Assembly (NCBI GenBank): GCA_977018835.1 | Contig: OZ361257.1 | Coordinates: 4,898,001-4,962,000, forward strand | Reading direction: 5' to 3' | DNA: 64,000 nucleotides | Origin: Minutocellus sp. GHC0000111 | Lineage: Eukaryota | Shown: positions 25,844 to 35,610 of the stretch, piece by piece | Layout: every line of letters begins with the position of its first letter | Position numbering within the stretch: the first letter of the stretch is position 1 | The notes under the pieces: model-generated | The model's database searches: none | Seen by the model: the letters and a program-made list of their open reading frames with translations, nothing else | Told to the model about the DNA's origin: nothing | Made by a program: the position numbers and the translations under genes

Positions 25844-28465
25844 ATGTCATCCGACGCCATACCCAACATGATTTGCCCACCGTCACCCGGCAGAAGACGG
25901 CCGCGTGCTGTCGCCAGTGCGTCTGCATCTATCGAATCTACTTCCGCGGTATCTGCCGAGATGTCGAGAATGACACCGAAAATGTCAGCCGAAAATAGAT
26001 GCAAATACAGCACAACTAACGCCCGCCGTCGGACTACTGCCGCCATGGCCCTCCTGGCTCTACTTCAGGGCAATGCTTCTACTAGCAACTCGGTCGAGGC
26101 CTTCGTGCAGCGCCGGGCTCCGTCGGTATCTTCCGTCCGAACCATTCGCGGTACCGGCGGCAAAGGTGGCAGCAGCAGTTTGAACTTTCGGCAGGACGAC
26201 GGCGACTCGGCCACCGCCCAGCCGGCGTACTACGTGCCAGGCATGCCGACGGCCGGTGGATACGCCCAGCCTTCTTCTTCTGCTACCGGCAACGCGGCGG
26301 AATTTCCCGACACCGAAGTTCGGTCGCGCATGCCCACCTGGCTGCAAACCACTCCCCAGACCCCCACCGAGGTCGACGCGGCACTGCAAACCTTGCGGGA
26401 CGCCATGATTACCACCTACCTCACCCCCTCGGAGGCGCACACGGTGTTGTCGGCCATCCAATCCTCCTCCGCCGGCAACCAGTCCAAGATGGGAGGGGCC
26501 GCGGAATTCTGCCACATTCTGGTCGATACAATGGAGATGGGCGTCACCAGCCTGGTGGCGGCCGTGAGGCATTATTGCGAATGCTACGACGTGCGGGAGA
26601 GGGAGGCTGTCAATGGATTCAGCGGTGGGACCACCCTCTTGCCGACGGGGGCTCAGTCGATCGAAATGTTTGAAATGGCCGCCCAGGCCTTTGCCTCCAG
26701 CGAGGCCAACCTGTACTGTGGTACCACCAGCAGTTCGAGCTCCTACTCCTACTCGGCCCACCATGGTGGTACTGCTACCTCGAAGGCCACCAGCACGGCC
26801 AATGACGACGAGGCCGATCAGATTGCCTCCGACGCTTCTGGACTCAAGCGGACCGAGGCCGTGGCGCACACCACCTTCCGCACCCAGACCCGTCGTCGTC
26901 ACTCCCACTCCCATGGCACTCACGTCCACGCCCGCCAGGATGCCTACGCCAACATGCAGAACCTCCTCCTCTCCGAGACGCGCGATTGGCGCTCCCTGGC
27001 CATCCGCACCGCGGCCTGTCTGTACCGTCTCCGGGGTCTGCAGGCCGCCCGCGATCACGGTCCGGCGCCCACCGCCCCCCTCACGTTCGAGGAGGTACGG
27101 CAATCCCGCGACGCGCTCCACATTTGCGCCCCCCTCGCCAGCCGGTTGGGCATGCACCGCCTCAAGAACGAGCTGGAGGGTGCCGCCTTCCGCCTCCAGT
27201 ACCGGCGGCAGTACAACCGCGTCATGGACCTGGGACGGGAACCCAGGGTGATCTACGACGATAACACCAACGGCAACCCCAACAACCCCCATGCCTTGAC
27301 GGTAGGTGAGGGCATGGCCCGGGTCCTCCGTCGCGTCGCCGAGAACGTCAAGGCCGTGCTGGACGCCGACCCCACCTTCACCGAGGCCGCCGACGACGTC
27401 GTGGTCAGCGCCCGCGTCAAGGAACCCTACAGCCTGTGGCGCAAGATCCTCAAGACCGGTGCCACGAGGTTGCTCGACGTGCCCGACGCGTTGGCGTTGC
27501 GGGTGGTCCTGAACGCCAAGAAGGAGTCGCCCGACGAACCCGACGACGTGACCGCCGCGCGGGAGCGGGCCATGTGCTACTACGTCCAGAGTCTGTGCAC
27601 CACGCACTGGGAGCCCGACCTGAACAAGGACGGCGGTCGGTTCAAGGACTACATCGACAGTCCCAAGCCCAATGGATATCAGAGTTTGCACTACACCGCC
27701 TCGACGTGGTGGGGAGGCGTCGACTGGCCTCTCGAGATTCAGGTCCGCACCGGCGAGATGCACAAGATTGCCGAGTACGGCCTGGCCGCCCACTTCGATT
27801 ACAAGGAGAATGCCAAGCGGGGTGGATATGCCGGCGAGAGCGATCCTCCGGTCTACCGTACCTACGCCGGTAGCCAGGCTAATGCCAACTTCCATGACTC
27901 TGCTGCTGCTTCCGCCGCACCGACCCGCCTCAACGACGAAACCTACCTCCAGGCCGTCCAGGAATGGCACTGGAATCAGATTGATGGTGCTTCCTACTCG
28001 TCGTCGCCATCGTACCAGCAACGTCGTTTCGAGGAAGTTCAGGGTGAGCTCAACTCCAAGATCGGAACCGGCTACAGCCCCGACCACGACGAAGACCGCG
28101 CCCAGCGCGTCCGTGCCCGTGCCGAGCGGATCGCCCCGTACATCGAGTCGTTCACCGCCGCTCAGTCTGACCTGGCTCGCAACCACGTGTTTGTCTTTTT
28201 GGCCTCGTCCGAGCAGAACCCCGCCAATGGCGGTGGGCCCAGTGGTACCATCGTCTCTCTCCCCTCGGGTTCGTGCATCCTCGACGCCCTTCGGGAGGGC
28301 GCCAAGCACTTCCCCAGCGTCGACTCCAACTGCTTCCAGGGCAAGGCCCACTTTGGTGTCCAGCGCAACGGCATGGCCGCCTCGAGTGTCACCGAAATGC
28401 TCAAGAATGGCGACGTCATCACCCTCCCAACCGTTTGTAACGCGGGAGAGGTTCTGACTCCCTAA
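25844..28465 (+). CDS. RelA/SpoT homolog ((p)ppGpp synthetase), probably plastid-targeted
   Basis: APLASRLGM, RVKEPYSLWRK, DALALRVV, KDYIDSPKPNGYQSLH and EIQVRTGEMHKIAEYGLAAH motifs; TGS-like tail. Confidence 0.92.
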   Translation: MSSDAIPNMICPPSPGRRRPRAVASASASIESTSAVSAEMSRMTPKMSAENRCKYSTTNARRRTTAAMALLALLQGNASTSNSVEAFVQRRAPSVSSVRTIRGTGGKGGSSSLNFRQDDGDSATAQPAYYVPGMPTAGGYAQPSSSATGNAAEFPDTEVRSRMPTWLQTTPQTPTEVDAALQTLRDAMITTYLTPSEAHTVLSAIQSSSAGNQSKMGGAAEFCHILVDTMEMGVTSLVAAVRHYCECYDVREREAVNGFSGGTTLLPTGAQSIEMFEMAAQAFASSEANLYCGTTSSSSSYSYSAHHGGTATSKATSTANDDEADQIASDASGLKRTEAVAHTTFRTQTRRRHSHSHGTHVHARQDAYANMQNLLLSETRDWRSLAIRTAACLYRLRGLQAARDHGPAPTAPLTFEEVRQSRDALHICAPLASRLGMHRLKNELEGAAFRLQYRRQYNRVMDLGREPRVIYDDNTNGNPNNPHALTVGEGMARVLRRVAENVKAVLDADPTFTEAADDVVVSARVKEPYSLWRKILKTGATRLLDVPDALALRVVLNAKKESPDEPDDVTAARERAMCYYVQSLCTTHWEPDLNKDGGRFKDYIDSPKPNGYQSLHYTASTWWGGVDWPLEIQVRTGEMHKIAEYGLAAHFDYKENAKRGGYAGESDPPVYRTYAGSQANANFHDSAAASAAPTRLNDETYLQAVQEWHWNQIDGASYSSSPSYQQRRFEEVQGELNSKIGTGYSPDHDEDRAQRVRARAERIAPYIESFTAAQSDLARNHVFVFLASSEQNPANGGGPSGTIVSLPSGSCILDALREGAKHFPSVDSNCFQGKAHFGVQRNGMAASSVTEMLKNGDVITLPTVCNAGEVLTP

Positions 28466-28716
28466 TTGAGCGTGCTGAAGCAAACCAACTCAAGTTATTT
28501 GAATTTGTTTTGTTGTTGATTTTATTGATCAAAATGATAGAATGTAAAATGTCCTCGTTTGACCTGGCGCGACTACTCTTTTTTGGATTCCAATTTGCAC
28601 ATACTTTCCAACATTGGGGTGAGAGTAGTTCCGCAGCCACCAAACAAATAATACAATAGAAAAAAATTTTCAATGACCTAATGTGTTACCGCATAGAATC
28701 TCTGTTCCTGCGTATT

Positions 28717-29883
28717 TCACGGCCGAGGCTGCGTTATGTCATCGGCAGTGAGATCAGACCTCAGCCATCGCTCTATACCTCCGACTTGATACTCCCTCCA
28801 ACAATACTCAAAGCTACAGTCGATGGAATGCTTTCGTAGTTCCTGATGGTACATCTCGATTTGCTTCTTCTCGCATTCCTTCCTTTCTGCTGGGTCCATG
28901 TTCGAGATGACGTACTGCCCGAGATCCTGCGGACCACTTCCGAGTCCGACCATTTCCCAATCCAATAGCTTGATTTTATTGGTATCCCCCGTCATCCAGA
29001 GGACATTACCGGGCCAAAAGTCACCGTGGACGAGGGTATAATGCTCCCCTACATTCAGACGTTTCAATTGCGCTTCCCAAGATATACCGGCCACTGCCTT
29101 CTCAACGGCCTTGCGAACATTAGCATCCCACTGAATAATTGGCTTATCAGATTTCTTTTCGGCTTCCAAGTAGGATTTCCAAAAGGTACGAACAAGATTT
29201 TGGGAAGCTTCCCAGCTGTCCCGTCCTTTCCCTTGCAGCCACTCTTGTCCACGCAACCAAGTCTTGTCTGTATTAAGTAGCTCCTCATCATTCTTCCAGA
29301 AAACAGCATGGATCTTAGCAATCTCACGAAAGGTGACTAGAGCAACCTCTCAACTACTGGGTGGTGGAGAGTTGCCGTCGTTCCAACCGGCTTTAGATAT
29401 CATATCAGGGAGGTCACGGTTCCAATTGTTGGGATTTCCAGGGCCAAAGAGGATCCCAGAATCGACCGCATTCTGCACGTCCTCCATAATTATGCACTTC
29501 TCTCCAGTCTCAAAGTTGCCGTAAGAGTAATATATCTTTGGTGTAGATTCGGGGGGAAGATTCGAGCTGAAGTGGTGATACAAGAGTGCCTCGCGCGCCA
29601 GACCGAGCTGCCGGGACAAGGCCCGACCTTGCTCGGGGACCTGTTTGATGATCAGAGTCTTATTTTCTTGACCATTATTTGCAGCCTTTCCTGCTATTGT
29701 TATGCGAAGAGTTGCACCATATTTGGCACGATCGCCTCCCTTTCTGGTTTCATTACTGACGTCAACCGCTGAGCACAAACTGCAGGGAAGATTTGTGACC
29801 TTTTCCATCCACTCTGGTGCGATGTGAGATTCGTCGAGCCATATGGGCATCGGCATATTTTCGTTCAAAGTACCTTCAGCCAT
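28717..29883 (-). CDS. APH/choline-kinase-like phosphotransferase, broken by frameshifts near 29260-29350
   Basis: LIIKQ..LAREALLY in the N-lobe; TLVHGDFWPGN, LLDWE and GPQDLGQY in the C-lobe; pieces lie in different frames. Confidence 0.75.
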
Positions 29884-29932
29884 AATTGCAGCTGTCCTAA
29901 ACTTTGAAGGATTGAAAGATTGTGAAGAAATG

Positions 29933-30032
29933 CCTTCCGCGTTTGCTGGTGGGTCGTTCACCTCTCGGCGCTTGTGAGCAAATGCCTTCTGTAACACCTT
30001 CCGCGTTTGCTGGTGGGTCGTTCACCTCTCGG
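29933..30032. repeat. Perfect 36-bp direct repeat x2 with a 28-bp spacer, in a divergent promoter
   Basis: CCTTCCGCGTTTGCTGGTGGGTCGTTCACCTCTCGG at 29933-29968 and 29997-30032. Confidence 0.9.
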
Positions 30033-30236
30033 TGCCATGGACTGAGGGCGGGGGGCTTTTCTCTTCTCGGTGCGAACCAGCGGTGCGGTGCGACCTGGCA
30101 CAGGTGCGAACCCCACGCGACGACTGACACCTCGTCGCCTGCTCTCTTTCGCCGGAACAGAACGCGAGAGTCAGCAGCAGCATGAAATAAATCGATTGTC
30201 CCGAGCATCCCATAGAGCAGAGATAGATAGAAATAA

Positions 30237-31181
30237 ATGAGAAAACACATTGTCATACCAGTCAGCGTAGCCTTGCTCACCCCTCTCGCCTACAGATACC
30301 TTCTTCCAGCCTCAACTCGAGCCAACATCTGCCCTCTTTTGGTCTGCTATCGAGAACTATTCGCATGCATACAAGAGCCGCAGTGTCTCGTTGTCACCGA
30401 ATGTATCAAAGGATGTGACGATGCGCATGGTAACTTGCGGCGAGAAGCGCGGAAAAAGTTTTTCCATGTGCAACATCCAGACGACCCCAACCTTTGCAAA
30501 TATGGCTGCTTTGATCTCATCACTGAAGACACGGCCGAGCGCTTCATCGTATGTGTTGGAGGCAGCGGTTGCCTAGATATCGAACCCCCTTTGTACAGCG
30601 ATACCTGTGCTGATATTCCACAGGACAAAGTTATGCAATTTTCGAGCATCCCTCCAGATATCTTTGAAGGTCGTTGGAAAAAGATATTTACAAATAGCTG
30701 GGACATTTGGCCTTGTCAAAGCACAGAATTCTTTGCACCACACAGCGATAAAGTGCCTCCTCTGGCCTGGATAGAAGAGTGGCCAAAAAGCAATACTGTA
30801 TGGCGCATGGATCTCAATTGGACGTCGTCAGCATCAGATAGAATATTCACCATGACAAATGAGCTCACGCCCGATGCAGGCTGGACCTTTGATGGAGGGC
30901 CATCATCCAAACCAACAGGGAAAACTCGAGCTGTTATGTGGGGCACCGAGGCACACGAGAATTGGTATGTGCTCGACTTTGACAAAGAGCACGGACATAT
31001 TTTGATGAATGTCTGTGCCTATACTCCAGCTGTTCGAAGTTTTGATGCCATAACAATGGTGCTGGTGAAGGAAGGGGCTGAGCTTACAGAAGAATTGATT
31101 GAACATGTTGATCAGTAGGCAAAAGAATTGCTGGGTGACAAGTTTGGAAGCCTCGTTCGGATCAGGGAATGCGAACGATAA
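30237..31181 (+). CDS. Violaxanthin de-epoxidase-family (VDL/VDR-like) lipocalin; in-frame TAG at 31116-31118
   Basis: Cys-rich N-domain (CYRELFACIQEPQC..ECIKGC..CKYGCFD..FIVCV..GCL), GRW, WDIWPCQ and ENWYVL lipocalin motifs. The frame stays open 20 codons past the TAG, to TAA 31179-31181. Confidence 0.7.
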
Positions 31182-31536
31182 CAGAGGAAACACCGGTAGG
31201 ATGTCAAATTCAGTTCTAGATGTACAGTAGTGCTGTCTTTCTTTATTCATCCAGCGGGCTCTCGGCCATGATTTCCTTGAAAGGGCCATCCCCAAGAAGC
31301 AAAACACTGACCTCCCACAGCCTCCTCGACCACTTTTCATCTGCTTGTCGCAACGCTCTTATTCTTTCTGATCTTTCACTATAACGAACAGGTCGGCCAA
31401 GACCATCAATATGTTGACCCCCCTCTGCATCACCAAGGGCAGCGCACAGCAGCATCTTTGCTCCATCCTCTACTTTTCGCCAGATCATCGGCATCAGGCA
31501 TTCAGATGCCACATGCGCTCCGCCAGGAACGATTAA

Positions 31537-34011
31537 AAACATGCTCTTGAGAGCAGTGTCGGTGTTTCTGCTACCGGCACCGCCAATTCTGGTGGATCGA
31601 CCGAGGAGAATTTGGATGTGCTGCTGGTTGAGGCCGCCGAAGCGCAATGCAAAGCTGCAGAGGAGGCTTTGAAAGGGCTAAGGGACACCTTGAAACGAGA
31701 AAAGCGGAAGGATGAAAAGGCCATGGCCGATGCCGAGAAGAAAAGGAACAAAATGAAGGAGGCGATGCGTCATTTGGAGCAGAGGGTGCAAATGCGTGAA
31801 CATCTTCGGTCGCACAGGATGCCGACGGATGCACCACCCGAACGCAAGAAAGCAATGAGAATGGAAGACAACATGCGACCTGCCATCAGTGCTGGGGAAC
31901 ATGTCCTTGTGTCTGCCGACTTCAGTCCCAACATGAATCGGCCTGAGGGTGAGGGATTTGTCATGGTCAGTCGAGGTGTCGGTGGAGGTGCTCTTTGCGA
32001 TGTCCAGTGTGAGAAGCCTTTTGGTGGCATGATGCATGAGAATGTGCCTCTCAAGGTCATCACCCCGATCCCACTCGGCCTCAATGCCGATTCAATTGCC
32101 AAGGACAGGCGCAAACGGACAGCAGCTGCTCAGGCGGGGATGGACAGTGTTGACAGCGCAGGTGCCAACAAGCGTGCAAAGAGCGATGGCAGTCCGATGG
32201 AGACTCTTGTCGGAAAGCTTTTGCATGGCATGCGACACAGGAAGAAGGATGGACATCTTCGAAAGGAGGCGAATCGAGCAACCAAAGGCAAGAAGGGATT
32301 GAACGACGAGGAGAAGAGCATGCTTTTTGCCCAGGGATTGCTTCTGGAAGTGCATTTGAAGAGCACCGGAGGGACGCAGCACTCAAGCAGGAACAGTTCA
32401 TCGCAGAAGTTTCAGTCGGATGGGAGGGTCACTATTCGTGAGCTCTGCAGAGCGTGGGGGAAGGGTAAGAATGGGCTGCGAGACATCCAGAACGAGTCTC
32501 GGAAGAACGCCATTGCCCGGGGCATGCCAGCAGATCAGGCCGAGCTTGCATTTGTCACCCCCGCTCCCAAGGATTCGTCGGTTCGGCCAAAGTCTACCAT
32601 TGACGATTACAAGACGGCTGAGCAGCACTTCACTGCTAAGCGCCTGTGTGCAATCAATAAGTGCAGAGAGGCAAAGTAAGGCTGCTGTGATTCTGTGTCG
32701 AAGGAGGCTGACAATGAGTTGCTCAAAACGTACCTGACCGAGTACGACACCATCAGCGACGATGACAAGCAGCTGTGGGAGCTGAAGAGGCGGGAGCACT
32801 TGGCAAGGCAGCCGTACATACAGAACGACATTGTTGCGGCCCTTTCCAGCAATCCTCAGCGATCGTTCCGTGGTTTGGAGCAGGACATTGGTCTGTGGTG
32901 CTCGCACAAGACGATTGAGCGGTGGCTCAAGTCATTCGACACCTTCACTTTCTACAAGGAGCGGCTGGTACAGCGCCTGTCAGAGGCTCAAAAAGCTAAG
33001 CATCTGGCCTTTGCTCAGCTCGTGCGGAATTTCTGGAACATTCGGGATGAGAACGGCAATTTACCGAATGGAAAGAAGCGAGTTCTCCTCGTGCATTACG
33101 ATGAGAAATGGTTCTGGGGTCTCGTCCTCCGAGCTTTTGCGAAGGCTTGCGAGGAAATCGGCGTGAAAAAGCGAGATTACGCGGCCTTTCACAGGAGCCA
33201 CATCAACAAGGTCATGGCCATTGCATTTTTTGCCGCTGTCTTTGACGGTTCTCTTGAGAATGGGTGCGAGGTTGTAAAACTGCCACTGGTACGAGCTCAA
33301 GCTCCTAAAATAGCGGAGCGAGCTCAGTGCGAAGCAGTAACACAGCCTGATGGTTCAACACGGCACCCAAATACCAACCCCGATGGGACACCAAAGGAAC
33401 CTCTTCACCGGAAAGGAGAGTCGTTTCTTGTTGATTGTTGCGTTACTGGATCGAACGAAGGCACCAAAAAGGATCCGAAATGCTCTTTGCTCCTCGTATT
33501 CAAGGAGACTATTTTCCCAGCGATTCTCAACCTTGTCGGTCCGGGCAAGCAATACGAAGATTGCCATGTTATTATCCAGGGCGACCAGGCCGGGCCTCAC
33601 GAGGACGGAACCTTCACGCAATTTGTTACTAACTTCTGTGCTGAGCAAGGCTGGACGTGGCAGCCACAGGCACCGCAGATGCCTCACGCCAACGTCCTTG
33701 ACTTGAGCGTGTTCCCCGCGATGAGCCGGCGGCACTCGGAATGGGCACGAAAAATGGTAGGCACCTCCGTCATTTCCACCGACCAGATCTGGGACACTGC
33801 CGAGGACGTTTACGATAGCATGCCTAACTGCAAAATTGCTTCGGCCTTCATTCAGTACTGGAGGATAATGGGCCTGGTGATTAAGGCCGGTGGTAGCAAT
33901 GAGTTTGTTGGAAGGTTGGGTGACGAAAACTTGCACACTGGAATTAGGATCGACTTCAACGAAACGGCCAAGGGGATGGAGCCCTCAGCTCGTCATCCTT
34001 CTAATAAATAG
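31537..34011 (+). mobile_element. Decayed Tc1/mariner-superfamily (plant/oomycete mariner-like) transposase; one reading frame with in-frame TAA at 32677-32679
   Basis: Catalytic motifs HYDEKWF, IQGDQAGPH and QAPQMPHANVLDLSVF (38 residues between the 2nd and 3rd Asp). ORFs 31612..32679 and 32695..34011 are in the same frame. No TIRs found. Confidence 0.85.
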
Positions 34012-34106
34012 ATAGTGTTAATGTCTTTACACATGTATTAAATAAATGTTACACGTCTACAAATTATTTATAGATCTACATGTAAGATGCAGCAGCATTG
34101 GTTTGT

Positions 34107-35243
34107 TTATATCACGGTGGGCTTCTTTGTTCTTCTATTTCTACCGGTATTCTGTTTTGCCTCCTTGGCCTTCTTATGATCATCAGAAAGCCACACAGCG
34201 TGGAGGGACTGACGAATCTTTCCGCGCTTCACACCATATGCATCGGCAAGTTTATTGTCAGTGAGGGCAGGGTGAGCAGTTGGTTGTTTACTCCCATCCT
34301 CATATCCCAACTTATATGCATCTAATGCAATCTTGTCAGTAGATAATGCAATAGAGAATTCTATTGTCTTGTTATCATACAATCCGAGTTCTCTGCTTCT
34401 CCACCCTTTCGGGTAGGCACCACGACCCTCTCTTACTTGGCGATCGACTTCGATCATGCCTAGCACTGTGGTGACCGCGACCTCGCTACCCCAACCAGGA
34501 ACTTGTTTGAAGGGGAGGTAGACCCCTTTCTCTTTTCTTCTTGGTTCGGGCCTCTGACTACATGTGGGTGACTTGTAGTTCTTTATATCTTGTGGTAGTG
34601 GTGCTTCTCCGTACGTCAAAAAGCACGCAAGCCTCCGATGTTCCTCAACCTCTCGTTCAATCTGTCGTTCGGTTGGTTCGGTTGGAGGCAAGGGCTCCAA
34701 GATGGTAGGGGATGACAATTGAAGGTTGCTGAACGACGGGCATGAGCGGCTTGGGGTAAGAGCATACTGAGTATGAACTGACATTGGACTTGTTACCATG
34801 GGCGTGGCGGAGGGAAGGTCGAATGAGCTCACGGGCTTTCTCCTCTCGCCGCTTGGCTTTGCGTCGGCGGTTGCTATGCTCATCTCTGAGAATGAATCAT
34901 CTTCATCAGAATGAGATGAAACGGTAGCGGTACCGCGAAAGTCGGCACGCAATATGTCATGATGCAAGTACTTCCTTGCTTGGGCTTGTTCGGCGGCGAA
35001 GCCATCCTCTTCGTTGTACTCGCGTCGATATTTCAACACACGAGGAGATGTGAGGTCTGACGATGCCGGTGGGACCCCTTGGTTGTCCTCCTTGTCATCG
35101 TTGTCCTTGTTCTCTCGATACCGCGGATGTTCCGGCGTTTCGTTGGAAGTTTCCTTCTCATGGCGCGAGGGGCTGAATGCAGTCGCCTCGGCGCGTTTCG
35201 GTGGACGCGGTGGACTGAAGATGTGTCCCTTTGGAGTATCCAT
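34107..35243 (-). CDS. Uncharacterised protein (~378 aa), convergent with the transposase
   Basis: Long intronless ORF from ATG 35243; S/P-rich N-half; no recognisable motif. Confidence 0.5.
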   Translation of the reverse strand: MDTPKGHIFSPPRPPKRAEATAFSPSRHEKETSNETPEHPRYRENKDNDDKEDNQGVPPASSDLTSPRVLKYRREYNEEDGFAAEQAQARKYLHHDILRADFRGTATVSSHSDEDDSFSEMSIATADAKPSGERRKPVSSFDLPSATPMVTSPMSVHTQYALTPSRSCPSFSNLQLSSPTILEPLPPTEPTERQIEREVEEHRRLACFLTYGEAPLPQDIKNYKSPTCSQRPEPRRKEKGVYLPFKQVPGWGSEVAVTTVLGMIEVDRQVREGRGAYPKGWRSRELGLYDNKTIEFSIALSTDKIALDAYKLGYEDGSKQPTAHPALTDNKLADAYGVKRGKIRQSLHAVWLSDDHKKAKEAKQNTGRNRRTKKPTVI

Positions 35244-35610
35244 GAGTATGGAAGCTTCTTGAAGCGCCAGTCGGCAGAAGTTGCCCAGTCTATTTGTGGT
35301 AATTGCTTGGAGGTCGGTTGTTGACGGGTGTGTTTTGATTTGCTTGCTTTGCCGCGTGTTTTTCAAGGTGCGCGCAAACCGCCGTGTCGGAAAGTCCAAA
35401 GACCCAAAAACCCGGGTCCCCGAAATTGCTGTCCCGGACCTCGTAAGAATGATGAGCTCATTTTTTGAGCCTCCACTGCTGCTGCTGCGCTGCCTCACGC
35501 CCCTCCCTCACGCCCCTGCTTCACTCATCAGGGGATCAGGGGTCGGCGGTCCCTCGTCCCTCGTCCGCTCATACTAGCTAGTAGCAGCGTCACAATCCCA
35601 ACGAATACCG

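Noticed and set aside
26060..28483. 807-aa antisense ORF opposite the RSH gene
   Set aside because: Shadow of strong GC3 codon bias; V/G-rich with no motifs.
29933..30032. CRISPR array (36-bp repeat, 28-bp spacer)
   Set aside because: Only two units, the spacer derives from the flank, the context is eukaryotic, and there are no cas genes.
31681..32432. CpG methylation decay as the cause of the TG/CA excess
   Set aside because: CpG remains frequent; the missing dinucleotide is TpA.
31243..32907. Many overlapping ORFs in all frames over the transposase 5' part
   Set aside because: TpA loss removes TAA/TAG in every frame, so spurious ORFs are expected.
34107..35243. Fanzor/TnpB cargo next to a mariner transposase
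   Set aside because: No RuvC D-E-D motifs or zinc finger recognisable.
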